DNA of 45,427 bases from Ilumatobacteraceae bacterium (GCA_007117775.1 SKFX01000039.1:1-45427); one strand, 5' to 3'. Shown: positions 16,888 through 25,988, counted from the stretch's first letter. A program made the numbers and translations. Notes: generated by a model from the sequence alone, not told the origin.

Positions 16888-17949
16888 TTATCCGATCTGG
16901 TTGTCCGGGAAATGACAGGCGACCCGGCGGCGCTCACCGAAGGCCACCAACTCGGGCGATTCGCTCCCGCAGCGCTCATCATCGGCACCGATCGGACAGC
17001 GCGGGGCGAACTGGCATCCCGAGGCGACCTGGGAACTGGCGGCATCACCGCGCAGCACGATCTGGGAGCGTTGACGCTCGAGTTGCACATCGGGGATCGG
17101 GCTCGCCGAGAGCAGGGCTTTGGTGTAGGGATGTGACGCCTCGGTGAAGATCGTGTCGACATCGCCGATCTCGACGATGCGCCCGAGATACATCACCGCG
17201 ACCAGATCCGCCACATGTTCGATAACGGCGAGGTCGTGAGAGACGAACAGGAAGGTCAGGTTCAACTTGCGCTGCAGGTCGATGATGAGGTTCAGGATCT
17301 GAGCCTGGACCGAGACGTCGAGTGCCGAGACCGGCTCGTCGAGCACCAGCACGCGCGGTTCGAAGGCAAGTGCACGGGCGATGCCGATGCGTTGGCGCTG
17401 TCCGCCGGAGAACTCATGGGGGTAACGGTCCGACATGGCTGGGTCCAGGCCGACCAACTCCAGCAGTTCCTCCACCCGCGCCCGGGCATCTGAGCGCATG
17501 CCGAGATGCGCGCGCAGTGGTTCAGAGACCATCTGGTAGACGGTCATGCGCGGGTTCAGTGATCCGTAGGGATCCTGGAAGACGACCTGGAGCCGGCGGC
17601 GGACCGCCTTAAGGTCGCGGCCGTTGAGCGCCAGGATGTCGACCACCCCGTCACCGGTGTCGAGCCAGATCTCCCCGGCCGACGGTTCGATCAGGCGCAG
17701 GATCGACTTCACCAGTGTGGTCTTGCCGCAGCCCGACTCACCGACGAGGCCGAGGGTGCGCCCGGCGGGGATGTCGAGCGAGATTCCCTTGAGCACCTCG
17801 GTGTGGGTGGCCTTGCCGAGCGAGAACGCCCCCTTGGACACATAGGAGTGGCGCACCTCGCGCACCGACAGTGCTGGGATCTGGTTCGGTTCGTCCGGCT
17901 CGGCAGTCGAAGTGGCCGTTGGGTCCGATGTTGACATGGCGCCCGTCAC
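16888..17949 (-). CDS. ABC transporter ATP-binding protein (DppF/OppF type)
   Basis: Walker [10 protein letters not shown], signature FSGGQRQR, Walker [15 protein letters not shown] start at 17949, with an alternative ATG at 17937. Confidence 0.9.
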   Translation of the reverse strand: MTGAMSTSDPTATSTAEPDEPNQIPALSVREVRHSYVSKGAFSLGKATHTEVLKGISLDIPAGRTLGLVGESGCGKTTLVKSILRLIEPSAGEIWLDTGDGVVDILALNGRDLKAVRRRLQVVFQDPYGSLNPRMTVYQMVSEPLRAHLGMRSDARARVEELLELVGLDPAMSDRYPHEFSGGQRQRIGIARALAFEPRVLVLDEPVSALDVSVQAQILNLIIDLQRKLNLTFLFVSHDLAVIEHVADLVAVMYLGRIVEIGDVDTIFTEASHPYTKALLSASPIPDVQLERQRSQIVLRGDAASSQVASGCQFAPRCPIGADDERCGSESPELVAFGERRRVACHFPDNQIG

Positions 17950-17955
17950 GTCATG

Positions 17956-17961
17956 ATGCTA
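17956..17961 (-). promoter_or_regulatory. -10-like TAGCAT 6 nt upstream of the GTG of the DppF-like ATPase gene
   Basis: The minus strand reads TATAGCATCatgacGTG. It shares the 9-mer TATAGCATC with the element before ridA. Confidence 0.4.
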
Positions 17962-18067
17962 TAACAAATGGGAGAGCTCGGCAACGTGAGCCGAGTCGGG
18001 CGCAATGGGGTATCTGCCCGGTTCGTCCGCACCACGGTGGTGCACCGATTGGAAAGGGAGAGACGAG

Positions 18068-18616
18068 ATGAGTCAAGAGTATCGAGGAGAACTCGGAGGC
18101 CTGCAGCGCGAGGAGGTCGAGGCGTTCCTGGCATCGGACGCACTGGCTCGGGTGGCCTGTATCAAGTCCGATGGCAGTCCCTATGTGGTGCCGATCTGGT
18201 ATCAGTGGGACGGCGAGGCGCTGTGGTTCGTCGGCCGTGAGCGTTCGGTGTGGTGCAAGCTCATGAAGAACGATCCGCGGATCGCGGTCGTCATCGACAA
18301 AGAGCACGGCAAGCCCGACGAGAGCAGCGGCGAGATGGCCCAGATCCCCAAGGTGATGTGCTCGGGCCGCGCTGAGATCGTCGAGGAGCCCAATGTCGGA
18401 GGTGCTTGGGTCGATATCGCCACCAAGATGGCGGTCCGCTATCTCGGCGAGAACGGCCCCTCGTATATGGAGTCGACGCTGAATCAGCCGCGTTGGTTGA
18501 TCAAGCTGGTCCCCGAGGAGATGAAGACCTGGAAGGGTGTCGGCTGGGCCAAGCGCTACTGGGTCGAGGACACCGGCGGCCCGTCGTTCGAAGAGGCCCA
18601 CGGCCTCAAGGACTGA
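18068..18616 (+). CDS. Pyridoxamine 5'-phosphate oxidase family (split-barrel flavin/F420-binding) protein
   Basis: ARVACIKSDGSPYVVPIWYQWDGEALWF..NDPRIAVVID is the typical PNPOx-like fold pattern. Start set at the MSQEY ATG, which has a GGGAGAGA RBS. Confidence 0.7.
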   Translation: MSQEYRGELGGLQREEVEAFLASDALARVACIKSDGSPYVVPIWYQWDGEALWFVGRERSVWCKLMKNDPRIAVVIDKEHGKPDESSGEMAQIPKVMCSGRAEIVEEPNVGGAWVDIATKMAVRYLGENGPSYMESTLNQPRWLIKLVPEEMKTWKGVGWAKRYWVEDTGGPSFEEAHGLKD

Positions 18617-18644
18617 TCCGACCGCATCGGACCCCGGCGGCGTC

Positions 18645-18676
18645 CACGACATGAAGTCTGTTCACGACATGAAGTC
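18645..18676. repeat. 14-bp direct repeat CACGACATGAAGTC, two copies separated by 4 nt
   Basis: Copies at 18645-18658 and 18663-18676. The second copy encodes the last codons and stop of the hydrolase gene on the minus strand. Confidence 0.85.
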
Positions 18677-19480
18677 ATGGATGGCTGCCAGGGTCTCGGT
18701 CGGTTGTTCCACATAGTGGCCGTGACCACTGCCCTCGAAGACCGCCAGTCGGGCCCGGGGGATCATCTCTGCCACGGCTCGCGCCCCGAGGCCGGCCGGG
18801 CCCGAATCGAGTGGCGTGAGCACATCGTCTGAGCCCACCATGACCAGTGTGGGCGCGGAGATCTCGCCGAGCGCGTCGGCGACGTCGGCATCGATCATCA
18901 CCTGACAGGCATCGATGAAGACCTCCGTCGAGGTGTTGCGCGTCGTGGAGTCCACCATGGCGTCGATCAGGCTCTGGTGGCCCTCGGTGTCGATGTAGTG
19001 GCGCGAGAAGGCCTTGTTCACCAGGTCCTCGGCCACCTGCACCGACTCGACCCCGTAGGCCGATGCGAGGTACTGCCAGACGCGGAAGTGTGACACCCCC
19101 ATACCATCACAGCGCGCCACCGCACCGGCGCCCAACAGCAACCGGTCGACGCGCTCGGGGTAGCGCAGGGCGAAACCGATCGCCACGAAACTGCCCATGG
19201 ACCCGCCGTGGACATGAACCCGTTCAAGGCCCACATGATCGAGCAGGGCCACGAGGTCATCGCACCACACGTCGATGTCATAGCGTTGGACGGGACGCTC
19301 GCTCAGGCCGTAGCCGCGATGGTCGTAGTCGAGGATCTCGAAGTCGGCACTGAGCTGTCCGGTGATCGGTGCATAGCCCTCATGTGCGCTGACGGCACCG
19401 CCGATCTGGACCATGCACGGCCCCGAGCCGCGCTGATCGAACCAGATGCCGGTGCCGTTGATCTCGGCGATCTCTGCCAT
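18662..19480 (-). CDS. Alpha/beta hydrolase
   Basis: HVHGGSMGSFVA (GxSxG) and a C-terminal GHGHYVEQP His region. Confidence 0.8.
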   Translation of the reverse strand: MAEIAEINGTGIWFDQRGSGPCMVQIGGAVSAHEGYAPITGQLSADFEILDYDHRGYGLSERPVQRYDIDVWCDDLVALLDHVGLERVHVHGGSMGSFVAIGFALRYPERVDRLLLGAGAVARCDGMGVSHFRVWQYLASAYGVESVQVAEDLVNKAFSRHYIDTEGHQSLIDAMVDSTTRNTSTEVFIDACQVMIDADVADALGEISAPTLVMVGSDDVLTPLDSGPAGLGARAVAEMIPRARLAVFEGSGHGHYVEQPTETLAAIHDFMS

Positions 19481-19539
19481 GGGTGATGTCCTCTCGGTCG
19501 ATGCGTTGTGGTGTGAATGCGGGTTCGATGGCGCTTCCG

Positions 19540-20331
19540 TCAGTCCTTGGGCGGGGTGTAGGCCTGAGCGGTGAGGCCGCCATCGACCACCAGGTCGATA
19601 CCGGTCACATAGCGGGCCTCATCGGAGGCCAGATAGACGAAGGCCTCGGCGATGTCATCGACCGATGCCAGCCGATTCAGCGGTGCGGCGGCGAACCCTT
19701 CGGTGCGCCAGCGCTGCATCGTGTCGGCATCGACCAACGCTGCGGACTGCGCGGTGTCACCCGGGCCGGGGCTGACGCAGTTGGCGCGGATGTTGTAGGG
19801 CGCGCACTCCACGGCGATGGCGCGCGCCAGCGCCAGCAGTGCCGCCTTGGCCACGTCATATGAGGTGAAGCCCCGGCCGTGGAAGCGCGCCCCGATCGAG
19901 GCGGTGAACAGGATCGAACCGCCGCCGGTCTCACACATCGCGCGCGCCGCGCCCTGGGCCAGGATGAATGCGGCATCGAGGCCGACGTCGAGCACACGGC
20001 GCCAGGACGCATGGGTGATGTCCAAGAACGGCTCATCGGCGAAGGCGGCCGCATTGCTGATCACCACATCGAGGCGCGGGTGCAGCGCGACGGCGTCAGC
20101 GATGACCCGGGCGCATCCGTCGGCCTCGCCGAGGTCCACACAGTGAAGGTGGGCCTCGGCTCCGGCGGCGATCACGAGACCGGCGGTCTGCTCGAGGCGT
20201 TCGGGCACCCGGTCCACGAGGTGGATGCGCGCAGCGCCGAGTTCGGCGAATCGGACCGCGGTGCGTTGGCCGAAGCCGCTGCCCGCGCCGGTGATGAGGA
20301 TCGATCGGCCCTCGAAGCGCCGGCTTCCCAT
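19540..20331 (-). CDS. SDR family oxidoreductase
   Basis: ILITGAGSGFGQ cofactor motif and YDVAKAAL (YxxxK). Confidence 0.85.
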   Translation of the reverse strand: MGSRRFEGRSILITGAGSGFGQRTAVRFAELGAARIHLVDRVPERLEQTAGLVIAAGAEAHLHCVDLGEADGCARVIADAVALHPRLDVVISNAAAFADEPFLDITHASWRRVLDVGLDAAFILAQGAARAMCETGGGSILFTASIGARFHGRGFTSYDVAKAALLALARAIAVECAPYNIRANCVSPGPGDTAQSAALVDADTMQRWRTEGFAAAPLNRLASVDDIAEAFVYLASDEARYVTGIDLVVDGGLTAQAYTPPKD

Positions 20332-20382
20332 GGGCCCACCCCCTGTCGTGACGATCCGTCGCTGCGGCCCCCAGCCGGACGA

Positions 20383-20399
20383 GAAGATTATATTATTTC
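20383..20399. promoter_or_regulatory. AT-rich element GAAGATTATATTATTTC upstream of SDR 19540..20331 (internal promoter and possible operator)
   Basis: Shares GAAGATTATAT.AT (14 of 15 nt) with the element at 5060-5074. The minus strand gives TATAAT. It overlaps the stop codon of the hydrolase gene. Confidence 0.5.
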
Positions 20400-21211
20400 A
20401 CCGATTGCAGCCAGTCCAGTGTGAAAGCGTTCCACTCGGGCGCCATCTCGTGGAAGGCGATATGACTCGACTGCGGCCCGCTGAACACGTGCAGTTGTGA
20501 GCCGGCGATGCGTTCGTGCACGGCGCGTCCATAGCGGGTCGGGACCTGCCAATCGACCTCACCCGAGGTGATCAGCGTCGGCACCGAGATGGAACTGAGG
20601 CGGTCGAGGGTGTTATGGGTGCGGTCGGCATGGAAATGACCCAAGATGCCCTCGCGCGACGGTGGATGCGGGTTGTCGAGGATGAAGCCGCGTTCGAACG
20701 CCGCCACATCATCGGGTCGTTCATTGATGAAGTGGGGGCTCGCCACCCACACCAGCGCGAGGCGGATGTACATCGCCATATCGCCGGCGGCGACGGGGAC
20801 CTCCATCGAGTCGATCATCCGACAGAACCACTCATCGGAGTAGCCCCAGGTGCAGTGCAGTTGCAATGAGGCCACCAGGTCGGGATGGTTGATCGCCAGT
20901 TCCTGGGCGGTGGCCGAACCGAGCGACAGCCCCGAGACGTGCACTGCGCCGATGTCGAGGGCGCGCAGCAGCGCGGCGGCGTCCTCGGCGAGGCCGGCCA
21001 TGGAATACGCGGTCGGATCCTCGGTGTGCGTCGAGCGCCCGGTGCCGCGGGCGTCATAGGTGATGGTCGTGAACTGGTGCCGGTAGTCCTCCACCTGTGC
21101 GGCCCAGGTGTCACCGCTGGCAGCCGTGCCCATGATCAACAGCAACGGTGGGCCCGATCCTGTGATCTCGTAGTGCATCTCCATACCGGTCGGCAGTTGG
21201 ACGGTGGGCAT
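20393..21211 (-). CDS. Alpha/beta hydrolase
   Basis: HVSGLSLGSATA (GxSxG) and C-terminal SSHIAFHE. AAAGGGGAA RBS. Confidence 0.8.
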   Translation of the reverse strand: MPTVQLPTGMEMHYEITGSGPPLLLIMGTAASGDTWAAQVEDYRHQFTTITYDARGTGRSTHTEDPTAYSMAGLAEDAAALLRALDIGAVHVSGLSLGSATAQELAINHPDLVASLQLHCTWGYSDEWFCRMIDSMEVPVAAGDMAMYIRLALVWVASPHFINERPDDVAAFERGFILDNPHPPSREGILGHFHADRTHNTLDRLSSISVPTLITSGEVDWQVPTRYGRAVHERIAGSQLHVFSGPQSSHIAFHEMAPEWNAFTLDWLQSVK

Positions 21212-21273
21212 CGGGTTCCCCTTTCAGATGGTCTCGGGAATGGATCGGGCGGGGGATCGCACGGGCGGGGTTC

Positions 21274-22035
21274 TCAGGCGGGCGCCAACACCAGATCGAA
21301 CTCCAAGATCCCGTCGGAATCGGTGAAGATCATCGCCGCGGGCAGCGACGGGTTCGGGATGCCCCACTCGGAGAACACGATCACCGTCGATCCCGTCAGT
21401 CGCAGCCGGCCCTCATCAGTGGCGGCGTACAGATCGAAGGTGACCGGCATGGTGGTGCCGCGCAGGGTCAAGTCGCCGATCACGACGAAGGGGTCCATGG
21501 TCGCCACATCGGTCGAGTCGGGCACCTCGGCGGCCTCGGTCAGTGTGAAGCGGGACTCGGGGAAGGTCTCGACGTCCATGATCCGGCCGTTGAACTGGTC
21601 GTCGCGCTGGGAGCGGTCGCTCGTGAACGTCGTCATGTCGACGACAAACTCGGCCTCGGTCAGCACCCCGTCCTCGACACTGAACTCGCCGGTGACCGCA
21701 TCGGTGCGCCCGACGGCCTCGAGGGTGGCCAGACCGATGCGTTCGCCGACGCGGTAACCGACCTGTGAACCGTCGGCCACCTCCCAGCGTCCCTCGAGAT
21801 CGGCTGCCGCGACGGTCCCGTCGCCGAGCGCACGCGAGCTGACGAAATCCTCGGGGGCGCGACTCAGTGCGGCCAGTACCAATGGGGCGATCACCGCCGC
21901 CGCCAGCAGGACCACCGCCGCAGTGATCACCCACCGCGCCCAACGCGGCAGACGCGTCCATCGTCCCACCGGCCGGGTCCCCGGTGACTCGGTCTGCGGT
22001 GACGCGGTCTCAGCTGATGGATCCATGGCCGTCAC
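21274..22035 (-). CDS. YceI family protein with N-terminal membrane anchor
   Basis: One TM span (WVITAAVVLLAAAVIAPLVLAAL), then a YceI-like core (VDMTTFTSDRSQRDDQFNGRIMDVETFPESRFT...GDLTLRGTTMPVTF). Overlaps the upstream gene by 4 nt. Confidence 0.75.
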   Translation of the reverse strand: MTAMDPSAETASPQTESPGTRPVGRWTRLPRWARWVITAAVVLLAAAVIAPLVLAALSRAPEDFVSSRALGDGTVAAADLEGRWEVADGSQVGYRVGERIGLATLEAVGRTDAVTGEFSVEDGVLTEAEFVVDMTTFTSDRSQRDDQFNGRIMDVETFPESRFTLTEAAEVPDSTDVATMDPFVVIGDLTLRGTTMPVTFDLYAATDEGRLRLTGSTVIVFSEWGIPNPSLPAAMIFTDSDGILEFDLVLAPA

Positions 22036-22505
22036 CTCTTGGTTCCTGCGGGGTCATGGGGTCCCGAGTGCGCCCCGCTGAGCACCAGGTTGCGCCATTC
22101 GGGTGATACGTCGCGCCGGACCACGGCAGTAATCGTCAGCATCATGTCGAGGAGATCGGCGAAGGACTGCGCATCGCGGGCGTGCAGATCCTCGACGAGG
22201 AACGACAGCACATCGACTTGGGACCAGATCGACTGTGCCAGACCCACATCGATGGCCGGGCCGCGCTGGAGGGCCTGCAATGAGAACATCACCACACCGC
22301 GGATCTCATCGCCGATGTCGATCATCAGCGGCTCGTCACCGCCGCGGGCGATGACGGCATCATCGCCGAGTTCCCCACCCCAGGTCGTGACCAGCCGGCC
22401 GATGGCCCGTCGCTGTTCGGCCAACGACGGCGCCTGTGCCACACCCGGCTCAGGATTGACCGATTCACGGTATTCCAACAGCACGGGCAGGTAGCGATCG
22501 GCCAT
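22032..22505 (-). CDS. Hypothetical protein (157 aa); family not recognised
   Basis: GC-rich third codon positions, and translationally coupled on both sides. The antisense ORF 22039..22494 reads as S/R/P-rich junk. See the finding on weak resolvase-like features. Confidence 0.6.
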   Translation of the reverse strand: MADRYLPVLLEYRESVNPEPGVAQAPSLAEQRRAIGRLVTTWGGELGDDAVIARGGDEPLMIDIGDEIRGVVMFSLQALQRGPAIDVGLAQSIWSQVDVLSFLVEDLHARDAQSFADLLDMMLTITAVVRRDVSPEWRNLVLSGAHSGPHDPAGTKR

Positions 22506-22510
22506 GGTGC

Positions 22511-23314
22511 TCAGTGCGGAGGTGCGAGACCGGGCATCGACCCGGCTCCGTAGGTCTCGGCGCGCTGGAAGTCGAGGCCGAGTCGGGTGAGCGGTGAGGT
22601 GTGCAGGATCTCGAAGTAGCGGAACGGGTCTTTCATCCCGAGCGGCGCGAACAGCTGTTTGAAACGGGTGTTGATCGACAGCCGGCTCTCGGACTCGGTG
22701 TTGACCACCGACCCGTGGAACAGCCCGGACCAGAACAGCAGTGCCTGGCCGAAGCGCACTTCGACGAAGCTCGCCCGCTCCATCAGCCGCTCTGAGAATC
22801 CGTCGCGGTCGTCGGGGTGTTCGCGATAGAACGCCATCACCTCGGCCGAACCCGTCCGGTCGAGCAGGTACATGCTCTTGGTGCCGAAGCAGTCCACGAG
22901 CGGCAGCCAGACCACCACTTCATAGGGGGAGTTGGCCGGTGCATCCCGGTGCAGTTCGGTCGGGCGTGGATCACCCGGGGGCTGGAAGACGATATTGGGG
23001 ACCCGCTGGGACAGCACATCGGGTCCGAGCAGGCCACTGAGCACGTCGGCGAAGGCTTCGAACACCGTTGCGCCCACATTGTGCTCGGCCACGAGGCGCT
23101 GGGTCAGCTCGAGGCGGAACCGCGCTGCACCGTCACCGGGTTCGATGTGGTCGTGGAGTGCATCGGCGCGCAGCTGGTCGGTGGGCACATCGATCAGCTC
23201 AGCGGCCGCCGCGAGGAACTCGCCGAGCAGCCGATCGAGCACCTCGGGGTGCTGGGCATCGACGATGGTGTAACCGCGCTCATGGAACTCGGCGAGTGCG
23301 GCGGCGGTGGTCAT
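22511..23314 (-). CDS. Fe(II)/2-oxoglutarate-dependent oxygenase, PhyH-like
   Basis: HxD in ELHRDAP, distal His in LFHGSVVN, and Arg in RLSINTRF. The TGATG junction shares 1 nt with the GntR gene stop. Confidence 0.6.
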   Translation of the reverse strand: MTTAAALAEFHERGYTIVDAQHPEVLDRLLGEFLAAAAELIDVPTDQLRADALHDHIEPGDGAARFRLELTQRLVAEHNVGATVFEAFADVLSGLLGPDVLSQRVPNIVFQPPGDPRPTELHRDAPANSPYEVVVWLPLVDCFGTKSMYLLDRTGSAEVMAFYREHPDDRDGFSERLMERASFVEVRFGQALLFWSGLFHGSVVNTESESRLSINTRFKQLFAPLGMKDPFRYFEILHTSPLTRLGLDFQRAETYGAGSMPGLAPPH

Positions 23315-24009
23315 CAGTTCGCCGACATCTCCGGGCTCCGGCCGTCGTCGAGGGTGACGAGTTCACGGCACCGCTCGCGTACCAGCGTCACCGTGGTCTC
23401 GAGGTGATCGCGCAGCGCATCGGCCGCGGTGCCGTGGTCACCGTTGGCCATCGCGGTCAGGATCAGGCGGTGCTCGCCGTCGGCGGCATCGTCACGGTGG
23501 ATCAGCGCGAGGCGCTGATAGCGCGCCGAGTGCATCCACAACTGCTCGATCAGCTTCAGGCGTCGCGGTGAGTTCGCCTTGGCATAGAGCGCGAAGTGGA
23601 AGACCCGGTTGATCTCGATGACCCGGCTCTGGTTGCCGGCATGGGCGGCGCGGTCGGCCTCGTCGAGGGCCGCCTCGACCTCGCTGAGTTCGTCATCGGT
23701 CATCACTGTGGCGCGCCGCACCGCCTCACATTCGAGTTCGAGGCGGATGGTGTAGAGGTCCTCGAGGTCCGACAGCGACAGCGGTGTGACCCAGGCGCCG
23801 CGGTTGTGCACGAAACTCACGAAGCCCTCGGATTCGAGTACCCGCAATGCCTCGCGGACCGGAATGAAACTCGTACCGCAGTCCTCGGCGATCTGTTTGG
23901 GCATGATCTTGGAGTTCGGGGGGTACTCACCGAGGATGATCCGTTTGCGGATCACGTTCAACACGGTGTCGACGGTGGAGTCCTCAAGAGTGCGTTCGGT
24001 CTGCGTCAT
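23314..24009 (-). CDS. GntR family transcriptional regulator, FadR subfamily (FCD ligand domain)
   Basis: Winged HTH IAEDCGTSFIPVREALRVLESEGFV followed by an all-helical C-terminal domain of about 150 aa. Confidence 0.85.
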   Translation of the reverse strand: MTQTERTLEDSTVDTVLNVIRKRIILGEYPPNSKIMPKQIAEDCGTSFIPVREALRVLESEGFVSFVHNRGAWVTPLSLSDLEDLYTIRLELECEAVRRATVMTDDELSEVEAALDEADRAAHAGNQSRVIEINRVFHFALYAKANSPRRLKLIEQLWMHSARYQRLALIHRDDAADGEHRLILTAMANGDHGTAADALRDHLETTVTLVRERCRELVTLDDGRSPEMSAN

Positions 24010-25394
24010 GTCTCTCCAATGGGGCGGTCACGGCGATAGCCGGCTGGCCCCATCGTATTGTGATCATGTGCGACGAGTCGCTCCAAGGCGTATGCAGCCC
24101 GCAGGGCCATGGCATCGGCACCGGAGCGGGCGGCGAGTTGCACCGCCACGGGCAGGCCGTCGGCATCGAATCCGCACGGCACGCTCACAGCGGGCTGGCC
24201 TGAGACGTTGAACGGCGCAGTGGTGCGGACATTGGACATGCCGATGTGTTCGAGACCGGCACCGATGACCTGTTCGAAGTCGTCCTTGGGTGCTGCGGTG
24301 GCCGGCAGCGTGGGGGCCAGCAGCACATCGAGATGGTGTCGGTCCATGGCGGCCTCGATGGCGCGCGCGATCACGGTCCGCGCCGCATGGGCGCGGTTGG
24401 TGGCCGAGTCGGGCAGCACCGAACCGCCGATCAGCAGACCGCGGATGGCCGGGTCGATCTCGTCGGGTCGGTCGCGCAGGGCATCGCGGTGCAGTGCAGC
24501 GGCCTCGCCCACGATGATGCCGAATTCGACGGCCAGCACGTGGTCGAGTTCGTCGATGACGATCGGCTCGACACTGGCTCCGAGGTCGGTGAGCGCAGCG
24601 ATGGATCGCTCCAGACCCGCCGCGACGGCGTCCTGGAGGGGGGCGAATGGTCCCGAGTCGAGCACCCCGACACGCCATTGGGCGATCCCGCCGTCGAGTC
24701 CGGACATGGTGTCGGTGGCTCCGCCGGTCAGCACATCGAGGGCGACGGCACAATCGGCCACGGTGATGCCGAGCGGGCCGAGGTGATCGAGTGAGACCGA
24801 CAGCGCCATGACCCCATCGACGGGTACGAGGCCGTAGGTGGGCTTGTGGCCGACGGTGCCGCAGAGCGCGGCCGGGATGCGGATCGAGCCGCCGGTATCG
24901 GATCCGAGGGCGATCGGCACCAGTGCGGTGGCCACCGCGACTCCGGACCCACCACTCGACCCGCCCGGGACGCGTGTCGGGTCCCAGGGGTTCGAGGCCG
25001 GTGCGCTCACCACACCGCAGGCCAGTTCATGGGTGGTGGTCTTGCCGGCGATGACCGCACCGGCGGCGCGCAACCGGCTGACCACGGTCGCATCGGCGCC
25101 GACGGCGTCGGCTGCGGTCAAAGGTGACCCGCCGCGGGTGGCATATCCCTCGACGTCGATGATGTCTTTGACCCCGACGGGGATGCCGTGCAGGTGCCCG
25201 CGATCGATCCCCTCGGAGAGTTCGCGGTCCGCGGTGTCTGCCGCGGCGAGGACGCGCTCGGGATCGACGGCGACGAATGGGTGCAAGAGATCGCGGTTGG
25301 CGGCCTCCTCGGCGAGGAACCGCTCGGCGATGGCTCGGGCGGTGATCTCCCCGGATCGCAGGGCGGTGGAGAGTTCGGCAACGGTGCGCATCAT
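24006..25394 (-). CDS. Amidase-signature amidase, AtzE/GatA-like (462 aa)
   Basis: GIPVGVKDIIDV and PGGSSGGSGVAVA motifs. ATGA overlap with the preceding 68-aa ORF and with the downstream GntR gene. Confidence 0.85.
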   Translation of the reverse strand: MMRTVAELSTALRSGEITARAIAERFLAEEAANRDLLHPFVAVDPERVLAAADTADRELSEGIDRGHLHGIPVGVKDIIDVEGYATRGGSPLTAADAVGADATVVSRLRAAGAVIAGKTTTHELACGVVSAPASNPWDPTRVPGGSSGGSGVAVATALVPIALGSDTGGSIRIPAALCGTVGHKPTYGLVPVDGVMALSVSLDHLGPLGITVADCAVALDVLTGGATDTMSGLDGGIAQWRVGVLDSGPFAPLQDAVAAGLERSIAALTDLGASVEPIVIDELDHVLAVEFGIIVGEAAALHRDALRDRPDEIDPAIRGLLIGGSVLPDSATNRAHAARTVIARAIEAAMDRHHLDVLLAPTLPATAAPKDDFEQVIGAGLEHIGMSNVRTTAPFNVSGQPAVSVPCGFDADGLPVAVQLAARSGADAMALRAAYALERLVAHDHNTMGPAGYRRDRPIGET

Positions 25395-25597
25395 CGCAGC
25401 GCCGGGTCGAACAGCGGTGGTGGTCCCGGATCGCCGGGACCGATCAGTGCATCGAGGCTGCGGTCGAGCTCAAGGCGCTCGGCGAGATCGGCGGCCACGA
25501 CGGCCGGGTCGAACAATGGCCCGTTGAGGCCGAGCGCAGCGAGCCGCTCGTGGACGCCGGCCAATAATTCGTCGGTGTCGGGGGAGTGCTCAGCCAT
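25391..25597 (-). CDS. Small 68-aa protein, candidate AtzG/GatC-like (DUF4089-like) partner subunit of the adjacent amidase
   Basis: GC-rich third codon positions. Overlaps RidA by 8 nt and the amidase by 4 nt. A helical segment (LAALGL..DPAVVAADLAERLELDRSLDAL) precedes a Pro-rich tail (PGDPGPPPLFDP), as I recall for DUF4089/AtzG. Confidence 0.55.
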   Translation of the reverse strand: MAEHSPDTDELLAGVHERLAALGLNGPLFDPAVVAADLAERLELDRSLDALIGPGDPGPPPLFDPALR

Positions 25598-25982
25598 CGT
25601 TGAGCACCGCGATCACATCGATCTCGACCAACAGACCGGGCAGGCCGAGCGCGGCCACCTGCACCGCGGTCACCGCCGGCATCCGTCCGCTGGGGAATCG
25701 TGCTGTGCGCACCGCGATCTCTTGGGGGAGGTCGCGGATATCTCGCAGGTAATAGGTGATCTTGACGACATCGTCGAGGGTGCCGCCACTGGCGGCGAGG
25801 ACCGCCTCGATGTTGTCCCAGACCTGTTCGGCCTGTTCACCGAGCGTGGATCCGACCACCTGCACCTGTTCATCGAGGGCCACCTGGCCCGCCAGATACA
25901 GCGTCTGGCCGGCCTGGACCGAATAGGAGTACGGCTCGGGTGGATCGCACAGGCCGTCGACTGAGGTCGTGAAGGTGTGCAT
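25590..25982 (-). CDS. ridA: RidA/YjgF family reactive-intermediate (enamine/imine) deaminase
   Basis: PYSYSVQAGQTLYLAGQVALD...QVWDNIEAVLAASGGTLDDVVKITYYL...LVEIDVIA is the canonical RidA pattern. Confidence 0.85.
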   Translation of the reverse strand: MHTFTTSVDGLCDPPEPYSYSVQAGQTLYLAGQVALDEQVQVVGSTLGEQAEQVWDNIEAVLAASGGTLDDVVKITYYLRDIRDLPQEIAVRTARFPSGRMPAVTAVQVAALGLPGLLVEIDVIAVLNDG

Positions 25983-25988
25983 CCCCAG

